64,000 nucleotides of DNA from Yuukianura sp. NJ FZ-2021 (GCA_046563655.1 CM102289.1:7192001-7256000); one strand, 5' to 3'. Shown: positions 25,901 through 38,350, numbered from the stretch's first letter. The notes: generated from the sequence alone by a model not told the origin. A program made the numbers and translations.

Positions 25901-28900
25901 CACGAGACCAATTTCGCTTCAACCAACTTTAGGGAAATTAATTGAAAAAGTGGTTCACTTGCAACTGACTAAATTTCTTGACAGAAACTCTATTCTTAAC
26001 AGTGCACAATTTGGATTTAGAGCAAATCACTCTACTACAATGGCACAGTTGGCTTTAACAGAGCTAATTTACAATCATATTAATCGCGGTGAAGTGTGCT
26101 TAGTGATTTCATTAGATCTGAAAAAAGCATTTGACTCAGTGGACAAGGGAATCCTTATTGACAAGCTAAAATGGTATAACATTTCGACTGAGTGGTTTCA
26201 ATCATATTTAGACAGCAGGACCCAATGTGTAAAGCTTAAGGACAGTGTCTCCACCAGCAGTGAAACAATATTATCAGTGCCCCAAGGATCAGTTCTTGGA
26301 CCGCTCCTATTCGCAATTATGATCAATGATCTTTTGAGCGTCATTGTTGATGGCTCCGCAATACTATTTGCGGATGACAATAACATTGTTATTGGCGACC
26401 TCCCGGCCAAAATTTCTTCACTGATCGCACGAGCTGAAAACATTATCAGCAAAATTGATGAATGGATGCATCTCAACCACATGGCGCTGAATATTGACAA
26501 AACCAAAATTCTACTTGCAGGAAGTAAGAAGCTAATTAAGAAAATCGGACCAATTCAACTTAAAATTCGCAACTCCTACATCCAGAGCATAACATCTTTC
26601 AAATCTCTTGGCCTTATCATTGACAACACTCTCTCCTGGTGCGACCATATCAGTGCAGTTGCAAAAAAGTGTAACAATGTCCTTTGGTCGTTCTATCCAA
26701 TCCAACACATCCTCAACGAAAAACACCGGAAGCTGATGATCACCTCTTACGTCTCTCCTATCCTTCGCTACATGCTCATAATTTGGTCAACATGCAAATC
26801 TACTCAGTTTAAATGCATCAATAAATTGTTCCGGCGATGTGTGCGATTCATCTTTCAACTAAAACGACGGGATTCAGTAAGTTTGAGAATAAACTCGGAT
26901 CTGAGCTGGCTGACTCCCTTACAACTCTGCCAGTTTGAACTTATTCAAACGGTTTCTAAAATTTGGTTCTACAATATTCCATACTTCCAAAACTCAATTA
27001 CAGAAATTCAACAGCGTCTTCTGGATACACGGTCCACCAGAAAAGAAACGTACATTCGCACTAACAAAAAGTTTCACCCAAATTCGTTCATCAATCGAGT
27101 CTCAACTACAATCATCTCTCTTCCTAGTGATCTACAACATCTTGTCTTCAGTAACTGCTGCGTTTCAATTAAGGCTAAAACTAATTTTTTGCAATTTTTC
27201 CTAAACAAACAAATAGAATTATTTAATGTACAAAATACAAACAGAATCGACTCACAATCATCACCTACTTAACTAGCCGTCTAAATTTTCACCTTAAAAC
27301 ATCTAATCTATCTATACATTCATCACTCTTTTAAAATTTTACAATAATCTTAAACTTAGCCGAGAACACAATAATTTTAAATATAATATTAATTTTAAAT
27401 TAGATTACCTAACTGAGGTGTAATAACCTGCTAATGCAGGAAACTTTCAGAATAAATTGAAATTGAAATTGAAAGATAAGCTAACTATACAAAATGTAAA
27501 TGCAATTTCTTTAAGCCTCTTTCACACTGGATACGCCGCAACAACTGCCGACGGCAGTTGTGCCGGCGTAACAAACTGCCGTAGAAAGTTGTTGAAGGGT
27601 TTCACACTGCACCACCGGTTCTTTTTACGCCGTAAATTTTTTCTACGGAAAGTTATACGACGGTCTCGGTGTGATACAGCTTCATTTGGTCACAATTCTT
27701 GAAAGGCTCCTTTCAGTTTCATATGGGAAGACAAATGAAGTAAATGAATTGAAAACAACCAAATGATTACAAGTATTCATGTGTAATTGCTCTATTACCA
27801 TGCTTTGGGAGGAGTAGCCAACGTATTTCCCTATAGGGTGATGTATTAACACAAATTAATAGCTAATTAGCACAATTAGCTATTAATTAACACTTAAACA
27901 ATGTTATACTTTTGTTTTTCCTACTTCGGTACTGCTGATTACGTAGAAAGAAGGAGGGAAGGATGATCAGCTGGGATGAGATGGGAACTGTCCGTCCGGA
28001 GTTGGTCCAAAAGTTGAAACTTTTCAACTTTTGGGGGTCCCAGCTCCTCCTGTAGGAAGAGTTGACGGCGTAAAATGTGACGGCGGCAGCCGTGAGGCAA
28101 TGTGAACACCTCACTCGTCTTCCGCCGTCAACTTTCTCTTCCGTCGTCCAACTCACCGGCGGTGAGTTGGTTTGGTGTGAATGGATACGCCGTCACAACT
28201 GCCGTCGGCAGTTGTTACGACGTATCCGGTGTGAAAGAGGCTTTAGACATATATCTTAATTGTGTTAACTAACTTAATACAGATGCAGGAATTTCTCCAG
28301 CGAAACTCGTTGGTCTCAGTATTTCCACACAACGTTCAACATTTTTATGTTGGGACGTCAACAACAATACAAAATTGCACAACATAATTTGCTGGAAGGA
28401 TACACGAGCTGATCATTTAGTGAAACAATGGAACTCATCTTTGTACTTCAAAGTAATTCCTTAAAAAAAACAACTTAAAAATCACAATTCAGAAATTTTC
28501 AAAATTGAAACTTTCAAATTACTTCTTTCATTATGTTTTAAGGCATTCCGTTTGCTTTGCAAATTGTTATACGGCCTAACTCGGAACAAACGGTACCTTG
28601 CTGGCAGCGTACTTCGTGTCATGAACGAACAGGTAATGTTTCTAAGTTAAAATAATTTAAAGTTAATTTAACATTTAAGTACAACTAATTTTTCAGGTTG
28701 TTATGAGGCTACTGTGGGTTCTTAAAAATGTGCCTGGAATTCAACAGCGAGTGGCAAATAATCAAGTTCGATTCGGAACTCTCGATAGTTATTTGGTTTA
28801 TAAGTTTACAGGTAAGATTTCGAAAATTTTATATCATTTAGTTTTTGGAAATCTATGAGCAGATTTTTTTCATTTCCAAATTTTTAGATGGAGAACAACA

Positions 28901-30198
28901 TGTTACGGACTTTAGCAATGCTTCACCGACCGGATTTTTCGATCCATTTGAAACGTCTTGGGCTTCATGGGCACTTCAAATGTTCTCCATTCCCTCCTCC
29001 ATACTGCCTACAATTGTGCCTACCGTTGGAAACCACTTTGGATACTGCCGCATCTTCCCCGAGAAAGACATTCCAATACTCTGCGTCATTGCAGACCAAT
29101 CAGCGTCCATGTTTGGATCGACATCATTCCATTCAGGAAATGTCAAAGTCACGCTGGGAACTGGAGCCTTTCTGGACGTCAACACTGGAGGCAAACCGCA
29201 TGCGTCTGTGAACGGAATTTATCCACTCGTGGCTTGGAAGTATGATAACGAGCTGGTGTACATGGCAGAAGGGCATTCTAAAGATAATGCAATCATTGTT
29301 GACTGGGGGCTAAAAATTGGTGAGTTTTAAAAATTTGAAACGCTAAAAAACATTGTTTGAAAAAACCAATTTTTGAAACGCTTCTAAAATTTCTTTATTA
29401 GGTTTATACGACAGAGTGGAAGATTCCAGTGTAATTGCTTCATCCGTTTCTAGTTCAAATGGCGTTTACTTCATTCCTGGGTTTAACGGCTTTCAGGTAA
29501 AATTCCACCTTTAAAATTTTTTGTGTTTTTTTTTTTTGATTTATGAGTCTCAACAAATTTCAAAAATTGTGTCATTTTTAATGCAATATAGGCTCCATTT
29601 TATGATACCTCTGCCTGCGCCGGATTCATCGGAGTTAACCCGGGTACAGAACGCGGTCACTTAGTCCGAGCCCTTCTTGAAAGTTTGGTGTTCAGGGTCA
29701 TGCAACTGCTCAACGTCCTTCAAACAGAAACTGACTTCACTTTCGACTGTGTCAGGTACATGGAATTTAAAATACTGAACTTTTTAAAACCAATTTTTAT
29801 AAATTTTTGGTGTAAATTACTATAGGGTTGATGGTGGAGTAGCCAAAAACGATTTTGTACTTCAAACTATGGCGAACTTAACGGGGAAAAGAGTAGAACG
29901 TCCGGCTTGTACGGAAATGACAGCCGTTGGCTCAGCATTTTTGGCGGGGATGCAAGCAGGTATGAACTTTGAACTAAAAAAATTCAAATAATTTAATGAA
30001 TTGTGTATTAATATAAGCAATTTTTCCTCACTTACAGGAATTTGGCACAACTTAAATGAATTAGAACAACTACACAAAGTTGAGAAAGTATTTTTGCCAA
30101 ACATTGAAGAAGAAGAGGGTGTTCACAGAAGTTTTGTGGAATGGGAGCGGGCTCTGGAACGATTTTTGAAATGGTCCAAAAAGAAACCATCTTTGTGA
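23000..30198 (+). CDS. GK5: Glycerol kinase 5-like (FGGY family), multi-exon, with a 5 kb TE-filled intron 2 (23282-28282)
   Basis: FVGALDVGTT, PGWIEIDPD, STQRSTF, WKDTRA, TDFSNASPTGFFDPF, ADQSASMFG, KVTLGTGAFL, VDGGVAKNDF. Confidence 0.9.
23619..24419 (+). CDS. LINE ORF1 (coiled coil plus RRM/L1-ORF1-like domain)
   Basis: Coiled coil followed by KSNLIVHGL..YRLG..PKPIKIIF..INITQDLP. Confidence 0.85.
   Translation: MTSTDVPNTRGKKRKSKDEESPSTKSLKMNEFDGASILAAMNKMNENIASINNRLATNHAEITLQFQSLNAEVTAIKNRILAAEDSQKSLCSQVQSHDTELEKLQIALNKSNLIVHGLQYIHNETTDSLKAELEKIFVLALPLIGLPLIDDNYRLGRSNPQNPPKPIKIIFKSLEARNVIWKNRNLIKNLSPQINITQDLPLQTRKKIAARRQYPNPNTNEPSQNSQPSHSQVSMPRSNQPTSQFARSSLTPRSPIRTPQSNHTPS
24420..27272 (+). 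CDS. LINE ORF2 (APE endonuclease + reverse transcriptase)
   Basis: LKIAALNVCGF, ISETHL, GDFN, SDH; RPISL, QFGFR, DLKKAFDSV, VPQGSVLGPLLF, FADD. The frame is open from immediately after the ORF1 stop codon. Confidence 0.95.
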   Translation, partial: LRNNCKSQNQLKIAALNVCGFNSKCDSIKLLLDMYNIDVLCISETHLNVKHPPRIVEGYDFIHCDRLWQSKGGVGILIRSNLKFSEKILVLPFNRNFEVACAVIQSNFHKSIIVCSAYRIPDYSAESITTDLNSISELLNDLSASNKNCFVLGDFNLNQKYIPRSSQKLLKQTMSIFEQLVNVPTRGDSVLDLVFTNNPKIVLNLNVADPCISDHHMTEISINISKPKFTKQTKTYIDYKGFDFVEFGLKNVFTTFDNMSINLNDQVLLFMQKLKANFKETVKIKKFKFYPHKCVLAISDYTKSAIYERDQLLKIKTKSLSQVSQRKALKKKIKFLVLCDRKNSLNADIEKFGPFKAIDKIRAKKVKTSHQIPLSANEINHYYTTITTPQSVSSQYPLQPSSIVTPSERFILEEIDILTFDKVWKSVKNKNSKSADRFDISNWILTHSVGAPNIKNQLVNLINKSLSSGTFPSSLKHSTVIPLAKIENPSHPSDTRPISLQPTLGKLIEKVVHLQLTKFLDRNSILNSAQFGFRANHSTTMAQLALTELIYNHINRGEVCLVISLDLKKAFDSVDKGILIDKLKWYNISTEWFQSYLDSRTQCVKLKDSVSTSSETILSVPQGSVLGPLLFAIMINDLLSVIVDGSAILFADDNNIVIGDLPAKISSLIARAENIISKIDEWMHLNHMALNIDKTKILLAGSKKLIKKIGPIQLKIRNSYIQSITSFKSLGLIIDNTLSWCDHISAVAKKCNNVLWSFYPIQHILNEKHRKLMITSYVSPILRYMLIIWSTCKSTQFKCINKLFRRCVRFIFQLKRRDSVSLRINSDLSWLTPLQLCQFELIQTVSKIWFYNIPYFQNSITEIQQRLLDTRSTRKETYIRTNKKFHPNSFINRVSTTIISLPSDLQHLVFSNCCVSIKAKTNFLQFFLNKQIELFNVQNTNRIDSQSSPT
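27514..28242. mobile_element. Non-autonomous PIF/Harbinger-type MITE
   Basis: About 57-bp imperfect TIRs AGCCTCTTTCACACTGGATACG... / ...CGTATCCGGTGTGAAAGAGGCT, flanked by TTA TSD (27511-27513, 28243-28245). Confidence 0.85.
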
Positions 30199-30425
30199 TA
30201 CATAAAGTCGCTTAGTTCTATGTTTTCACAAAAATACGCTTTTTAAATTTCAAAAACTTGACGCTTCAAAACTTATAACTCAGCAGGATCGTTTGCTATT
30301 CGCGCAGCAATTACTTTTGATTACACGAAATTTATTTTTGTTGATCTAAAACTTTTTGGTTGAAATTTTTGGGCAGTGAAGCTCAGACATAAATGTGCAA
30401 AAATTTGTGTCAAAAAATGTACTTC

Positions 30426-33400
30426 AGTTAGGACCTTTGTGTGGCAAAAATGGAAGGGGCATTACCCCTCCCTCCACCGCAATGGTCGTTGAAACGACAG
30501 ATGCCATGATGGTCGCCATTGTAGTCGTCGTTGTTCGGCGAGTGGCAGTGACGACGACCCCTCCATCCCTTCACGATCCCGCCGATGGACACGTCGGAGG
30601 TCAAGGTCGTTCTAGCCTTGTCTAGAATGGAGAAGGTGGTTGATTTCATTTTTGATTTTATTTTTATGTATGTGACTGTGGATGTGGTTGCCTACCGTGG
30701 TGAGAGTGGTTTATTGCATTTCTAATTCTATTTTAGTGTATATGGCTATGGATGTGGACATTGATCACCAGGTCAAAGGTCAAACTCCTTCTCCACTTGT
30801 ATAGGATGGAGAAAGTTGTTGATTTCATTTTTGATTTTATTTTCATGCATATGGCTGTGGATGCGGACATTGGTGACCATGTCAAAGGTCAAGGTCGTTC
30901 TAGCCGTTTAACTTTTGTTTACTTTTGCTGCATCGCCGCCATTTTCGCCTGAAGAGTAGTTGCCAATTAGCAATTCTTGTGTTGTAGTGACTGGTTTGAT
31001 TTAAAATAGTACACAGTGAAAAGAGTTGTATTGGCGAAAGGGAATGGGACTAGGGGAAACCGGTTTTCTCCCATTGAATTTGAACAACTTCTCACGCTTT
31101 CCGTAGCTGGAGTGAGAAAGGGAGCCCTTGGTCTTAGTAAATTCAGGTGACGGGCTGGATTTTGTTTATCGTCAGTGAAATATAGTAGTTTGTTTTGTAT
31201 AAGTTTGTGTATGACATGGCGGTTACGTTTTTATTTTAACCCCGTAGATTCAACATTTCATTGTAATTCCTGTGCTGTACTGTTTTGTTTGCTCCAAAAT
31301 AGTGTAAAGTGAAAGCAGTTGTATGCGAGAACTCGGTGGGACAGAGGGGAACCTGTTTTGCGCAATTGCATGTGAATATCTCTCTTACCCTTTTCGAAAC
31401 TGGAGGGGCGAAGGGAGCCCTTAGTCCTAATAAACGCAGGTGATCTTTTATTAATTTTCAGTAGGAAGTGGAAGGGAGGGTTGAAATTGTCCATAGTGAC
31501 GGGCTAATGTGTAAGCCCAAGAAACAAGACAGGAACGACTGATGAGATGATGCTAGGAACTGGAGTTGATACTCCTTTTATTTGTAGTTTAAGTTTAATT
31601 TTAAGTTTAATTGAGAAGTTGAATTGAATTTGAAAATGAGAAAGGCGACTGAGGAAGAGAGATGTTGATGTGTTGGAGGGGGAATTCGACTGACTTGAAG
31701 TTGTGACGAGTGGAGACGGAGACTGACGAGAGGGACTTTTGGGTTGCCTTGAGGCTGGGTTGCACACGCTGTAACCCCTCATGACCCCGCCGCCGAGCCC
31801 AGAGCCGTCCCGGCTCGAAAAAACCAAGGGGTACAAGCGGGTAGCATGGGCCGGGTGGAAGAAGTGGATTCTTCCTCCTCCTTCACCACACAGCAACCTC
31901 CATGTTGGCGTCCTTCCTGCCATGCATCACGACAGCCATCTTGAATTTTCGCCTTTTCGTGCCTAGATTTGATGTTTTCGGGGTCAAAGTGACCTCGAAA
32001 TTACGTAAAATGGGAATAAACGGGAGGGGGAGACAATTACCAGTTGATATTATGAAGGTGGGGCAAGTCTGAGCCACCAAAAGCCACCAAAAACCTAAAA
32101 TTTTCCTTTTTTTTTCAAACAAAAATTCGCGCAGGGGGGTCTCTAAATTTGCAAAACGGGTAAATTAACAATCGGTTTACGCTCTGCCTCTGAGCTACAC
32201 GCCAAATGACCTCTGACTTTACACCTAGGAAGGGAAAAACGGGAATGGGGGGAGCGGAGCAATCGTTTAACGACTATCTCGCGCGCAAGGACCAGAAAAA
32301 AACGAAAACCGATACTTTACCGACTTGTCTTCGCTTGAATTGACGGTTGCTGTCCACTGAGGTCAAGTGACGATGATAGGAGAGGTCGTTGGCTTGTTGT
32401 GAAGGCCCTTTGTGCAGCACGAAGCGACGTCCACCACTTGACGGGCTAATTGGTAAGCCCAAGAAACAAGACAGGAACGACTGATGAGATGATGCTAGGA
32501 ACTGGAGTTGATACTCCTTTTATTTGTAGTTTAAGTTTAATTTTAAGTTTAATTGAGAAGTTGAATTGAATTTGAAAATGAGAAAGGCGACTGAGGAAGA
32601 GAGATGTTGATGTGTTGGAGGGGGGAATCCGACTGACTTAAAGTTGTGACGAGTGGAGACGGAGACTGACGAGAGGGACTTTTGGGTTGCCTTGAGGCTG
32701 GGTTGCAGAGGCTGTAACCCCTCAATAGATTCACAACTGGTGTCATAGTTTGTCGGAACGCAAAACAGTTGCGTTCGAATTTACGCTCGGTGACAATGCG
32801 GCTTCGTGTGGGGACAGTCTCGCCTATAACAAACAATAAACAATCAGAGTCAAACTGGATCAAAACCTTACTTAGTAGGTAAAGTTATGAGCCCAAGGCA
32901 GACATGAGGAAGCTTAAATTCCTATTCACTTACACTCGATTGCTTCTGGAGCGTGTAGTGGACCAGTACCAAAACCAGAATTCGAGTCCCCGATGATCGA
33001 GAGTTGTCCTGGTTCAAGTTGATCAGACTCATGTGCCTCCAGACCTATAAACAATTATAACCAGACTGGATCAAAACCTTACTTAGTAGGAAAGCTTATA
33101 AGCCCAACGCAGACATTGACGAAGCTTAAATTTCTCTTAGTATAATACTTACCAGTTATGCAGAGTCGCGTCCTGGAAGATGGCCCATAAGTAATTACTC
33201 TTTTGGTCAACTCTCTATCCGAACTATCCGAACAATATGTATGATCCATTGTTATTAGTAAAGATTTGATACTTGTAAATAAACACAATATTTGTAAAAT
33301 TTTGAAGGCAAACAAACATGTGATCATTCAATCACTCATGTAAAAACAAACACGTGCTGGCACAATCACTCATGTGGCGAGTTACAATGCCATTGCTGAC

Positions 33401-34391
33401 ATTGACGGCAGAAGATGACGAACTATTTTACACTGAAATTTCAAGATTCAAGGTAAAAATATACAAGGGAGGGATCCATGTATACAATGCTAAAATTAAA
33501 AACTTCAGAAACCACAAAGTCCAGCTTTGTACACTAATGTTCAGTGAGAGGGGGACACTTACGACTATGAAAAGACTCGGCATAACACACAACCCTCCCC
33601 CACTCACAGGCATGCTCGCGTACACAGACGCGCACTCGCACAATTAACTTTTTATTTCATTAATTTTTTTTGTTTCCAAAATCTCGGCGTACGTATCTAC
33701 CAACTGTACTGAAAATGAATGTAACTCCGTAGACGACTTTGCAAGTTTGCAATAAGAAAGAAGTTATTGTCTTTTATTCAATACAAGTAGGGACAAGGAC
33801 ACTAAGTTCTTGACCTCGCAGTGAGGCCTTACAAGTAGGGAATGTTCCAGAAAAACTGGAAGGAAAAGAATGAATGTACTAGGCTGGGTTCTGGCCGTAT
33901 TTATACGGTCAGAGACAAACATCAAAACGGAAACTAGGAGTTACGAGTAACTCCAAATTAGCATGAGTAAATTAGACTTCTAATTTTAGATCTCTAACAA
34001 AAGGAAAATGTCTTTTGTTTTACAGAAAATGAACTCTAACAAAAAGACAGATAATTAGCATGTGAACTCAAATGAACTTTTAAGAAAAGTTGACGTTATG
34101 TTTTTCCTAACACAACGATACATATACCACCTTTATTCGAAATTAACTGAAAAGTACACAAACACACATATGCACCCCCTTGTTAAATTTAAATTCATCT
34201 TGTGTTTATTATCATTACATTTTAACATTCCAAAATTTCTATCATTAATTTAATTTTATTCACAACGACCGCCAGTCGCCGAGCAACAGCGACTACAATG
34301 GCGACCATCATGGCATCTGTCGTTTTAACGACAATTGCGGTGGGGGGAGGGGTAATGCCTCTTCCGTTTTTGCCACACAAAGGTCCTAACT
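30426..34391. mobile_element. Non-autonomous Polinton/Maverick-like element
   Basis: About 125-bp TIRs beginning AGTTAGGACC and ending GGTCCTAACT (AG...CT termini); 6-bp TSD TACTTC at 30420-30425 and 34392-34397; no long ORF. Confidence 0.75.
31497..32724 (-). mobile_element. Miniature non-autonomous LTR retrotransposon (TRIM) nested in the Polinton-like element
   Basis: LTRs 31497-31781 and 32439-32724 (TG...CA), 4-bp TSD ATAG (31493-31496, 32725-32728), minus-strand PBS-like TGGTGGACG next to the 32439 LTR, AATAAA in the LTRs on the minus strand. Confidence 0.85.
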
Positions 34392-34633
34392 TACTTCAAT
34401 TTAAATTAAAATTAACGCAGCAGCTGGGAGTGTAAAATATAACGCATCTAAATAAATTAAGTTAAACATTGAAACTTATCTAATCAAGTAGCTAGTAATC
34501 ATCTGTATAAATCTCACCTGCAACTTTTATGGCACAATGGATTTTTGCTCACATCTAGTTTCAAAGGCAATCACTTTAGAGATGTCATTTTTTCATCTGT
34601 TGTGTTCAGTTTTCAAATAAAATATACCAAAAC

Positions 34634-36944
34634 ATGTCAAATTTTAGTCAAAATTTGCTATTTTTTGTGCTTTTGGTGAGCAGTTTTCTTTCTTTTGTGA
34701 TCTACTCTATACAAGGTAAATTTCAAACAACAAATTTTAAGGTTTAAATTTTTGACATGTATTTAATCATTACATTCCTATTGTAATCTATTTTCAGCTC
34801 CACTTCTTCCAAGGCAGGTAACCATCCGTATTGGCAGTAACCACTCGATATAACCACCAGTAGTAGTAACACTGTTTGCGTAACCACCACGATTATGTTT
34901 CAAAATTGTGATTGCATAGTTATGATCTTTTAGGCACATGGCGTTGGTGCCAGTACAACACAAATGGGTCTCGTTTTTGGAGCTTACGAACTTGCAAGTC
35001 TCATTTCACGTCCAATTTTTGGAGCTTACGTAACTCAGTCTCTCAACTTGTAAAATTTAAAAAAAAAATTAACAAGCAAAAACGAAAATGGTTTTCATTT
35101 TTCTTAGGCCGGTAAACTCGGTAGGACTCGAACGATCAGCAGTGGGGTGTTTGCGTTAGGTGTGAGCACAATATTGTTTGGGTAAAAGTGTGTGACATTT
35201 TCATAAAACTTGCATTAGTTATAAAAAACTAAAATTTTATTTAAAAAAAAAATTTCAAAATAGATTTGTTAATGACATCACTACGCCAAATACATTTATA
35301 ACGGTTGCGTCAATACTCAGAATTGTAGAATCAATTGGAGCTTCTGCTGCAAATGTTGGAATTCACTCCATCGTTGATGTACTTTTTGGAGAAAACTTGG
35401 GAACTGCCATTGTACGTTACAAGTTGACAAACGTTGTTTTTGACAAAATTTGATGAAATTTCTAAGAATTTAAAATTTTATACAGGTCATAATGGAAGGC
35501 GTGCATCACGTTGCATTAGCGGTTGGTCCCTATATTGGTTCTTGGCTGTACGAGGTAAGCATGGTTTTCAAAAATGTTTGATTTAGAAATTCTTTTCCGC
35601 CAATTTGATTTGACAAAAATTTTAGATTGGTGGATTTACGTTTCCATTTTTAGTACTGGGTGGATGTGTAATGCTAACTGGCGTCGTAGTGACATTGCTT
35701 ATGTCCCGATGTTCAAATGAGACCGAATCGGAAGAAGTAAAAGAATTCATTGGTGTTTCCGTTGTACTTTCACAACGTCCCATTCTCATGAACTTCAGCA
35801 TAGTTTTGCTAACGGCAGTTCAGTTAGGTGCCATTTTAGCACTACTGGAAATCCATCTCAGACAAGTAAGACATTCACAGAAAAGTTTTACTGAACTTAC
35901 AGTTCAATGAGTTTCTTCTTCGAAGTTTTTCAGAAACAAACTAAAATTTTAACTGATGAGTTGATGATTTAGTTTAAAATGTTTGAATCCAGTTTAACTT
36001 GAGCCCTACTGGCGTCGGCCTTGTATTTCTGATACATGGAGCAGTTGCAGCAATTGTGAAACCAATTGCTTCACACTTTACTGGAAAAGTGCAAATTCCA
36101 GAATCAGTTCCGTTTTTTGGTGGATTGTTTTATTTTATTGCATACACCTTCCTGGGACCCGCTCCATTCAGCACTCTCAATCCGTAAGGTTTTAACTTTT
36201 CTTAACTTTATTGGTTAACTTTGAAAGTGAATTTACTTTTCTGTTAACTTTCATGTCTTGTTCATACGCATTTTGAATTTTGGCTGTTCCAGGTCGTTGA
36301 GTTTGGTTGTATTCTCCATAGTGTGTTTGGGCATTGCCAATTCATCGAACCTCACTTCCGGATTCATGATGGCTCTCAGTGAGGCTAAGTAACGTTGCAC
36401 AGAATTTGAAAGCCATGAATTTTCAAAATTGACAAAAAAATTTTATTTTGATTAATTTTTTTCCCAGAAAAGCCTTTCCAACCACTGATGAAGCTGGTCT
36501 GTCAGAAGTAGTTTCTAGTTTACACATTTCGACTATGACGACTGGATTCATGATTGGGCCAGTTATGGCTGGAGCGTTATATGACTACGTTGGATTTCCG
36601 TACACCACTGTTGTGTTACTCCTTATAGCAACAATGCAGGTGACACCCCTTAAAATTAAAGTTAATTAAAGTAATTAATAATAATTAATTAAGTAGGTTA
36701 ATTAAAGTAAAGTTAATTAAAATTAAATTAAAAAAAAAGTCCTAAAAAAATAACAGACAAAAATTCCGTTTTGTAGGTTACCTTGATTCCAGTTTTCATG
36801 GTTTACAAAAGCAGTCAACCTTCACTGCTCAGTGAATGGAAAAAAGTGCCGACATCTGAATTCCAAAACATGGAACTTGATATGGACTTTGTTAAAGAGC
36901 CGCTCGTGCGTCGACGATCTTCAACTACACTTAAGTCTGACTAA
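34634..36944 (+). CDS. MFS transporter, SLC18B1-like, multi-exon
   Basis: IQAPLLP, GLVFGAYELAS, LRIVESIGASA, GPYIGSWLYEIGGFTFPF, GFMIGPVMAGALYDYVGF; stop at 36942-36944. Confidence 0.8.
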
Positions 36945-37495
36945 CGAAAAAAAAGCCTTTAATTGTTGTTATATTATGTATTGTTATTATTATTATTATC
37001 ATCATGTTGATATTATGTATTGTTATGTAATTATTATTATCATCATATTGAACATCAAGTATACAAGTATTCTTGTTCTTTTGGAGAACAAGACTACGTG
37101 CACGTATTCTTGTTCTCATATACGTGCATACTTCCTTGCATATAAACGAAGATTGAAGATTTACGTTGCTGGCGTATTTTTTCAAAGCTTACCAGAGTTG
37201 ATCACCCAACTTTTAACCTAACAGTTGATAAAAATAACTCCAGATTAGTTGGTTAGTTCATTATTGAAATGACGTTGTACTTTAGTTTCCAGACTAGTTT
37301 TCAAAAGTGCATTTTTTCCCGACTTGAAAAAAAAATGTTAAGCCGAGACATGTTACATAAATACGATAAAAAGTTGTTCATTTTCATTGAAGTTCTAACA
37401 AGACCTGCATTTCCTTCATCAATAACACAACTATTTTCATCACAGTTTTGTCAGTTTGTTGAAAGGCTCTAAGCAGTAATTTTATTGCAGAAATC

Positions 37496-37860
37496 ATGTT
37501 CTGGTTGATAGTTGGTGCTTTTGTTTGCTTCTTCTACGTTTTCAGATATATTCAGAACAAAAATAAAGGATTACCGCCAGGTTAGTTAACTAAATTTAAA
37601 ACTTAAGACAGCAAATTTTGACCTGAACGTAAGAATGACATAACGTAAGGGATTATTTGGATTTTTTAAACTTTTCATTTATAATTTTTAATTTTTATAC
37701 CAATATTTTTAATTTAAAAATAAATATATTTTTAAAAACAAATAAAATATAATTACCATTATTTGGTATTACTATTATTATTATTATTCTTTTATTATTA
37801 TTACATTGAACACCAAAGTGCACAAGTATTCTCGATCTCCAAGATTTAGTTGCTAAGCAT
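37496..37860 (+). pseudogene. Cytochrome P450 relic: exon 1 only, joined to a P450 3'-flank-like sequence
   Basis: MFWLIVGAFVCFFYVFRYIQNKNKGLPPG|GT is near-identical to exon 1 at 40391. No exon 2 follows; 37770-37860 resembles the flank at 42720-42805. Confidence 0.8.
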
Positions 37861-38350
37861 TGTTTAGACACACCCAAAAGTTGATATAAAATGATATTTT
37901 AATCGTAAAAAATCGAAGCGCCGTTTTACCGAATATTCTTCCTCCACTTGTCTAAAGTTCAATTATTGATTTATCAATTATTTAATTATTGATATTCAAT
38001 TATTCAATTTTTCAAGTTCAATTATTGATCTTTAAAAACCCTAAATCTAAACTTTGTTGTTGTTTTTTGTACAGCCCCTATCTCAAAAAAAAGTTTGTTT
38101 AAAAAAATGTGTTCAAAGGGACATAACGACTTTTTTGTAACTTCGAAGCCCTTGACTTTGAATTTTGAAGGTTGAAGTAAATTTCCAAACAAAATTTGAA
38201 TAAAGACATGTCAAATTCTATTTTGAAATAGGTTAGCGTCGTATATTTAAAAATTAATTTAAATTTCGTGCATGTGTCAATAAGCAAGAAGTGTTTAATT
38301 TATTAATGACAACTTATTTTATCATTAGTAAATAATTAATTATTCTTACT

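Larger units (their letters stand above)
23306..27474 (+). mobile_element. Apparently full-length CR1/L2-group LINE inside GK5 intron 2
   Basis: 5' UTR, ORF1, APE+RT ORF2, AATAAA then (GAAATT)n tail at 27451-27474. Weak possible 4-bp TSD GATA (23302-23305 / 27475-27478). Confidence 0.92.

Noticed and set aside
30395..33647. Short ORFs inside the Polinton-like element and TRIM
   Set aside because: None shows integrase, polB, capsid, gag or RT motifs; they are consistent with chance ORFs in GC-richer repeat DNA.
36931..37221. Tyr/Ile-rich ORFs
   Set aside because: They derive from (TAT/ATT)n low-complexity sequence in the 3' flank of the MFS gene.
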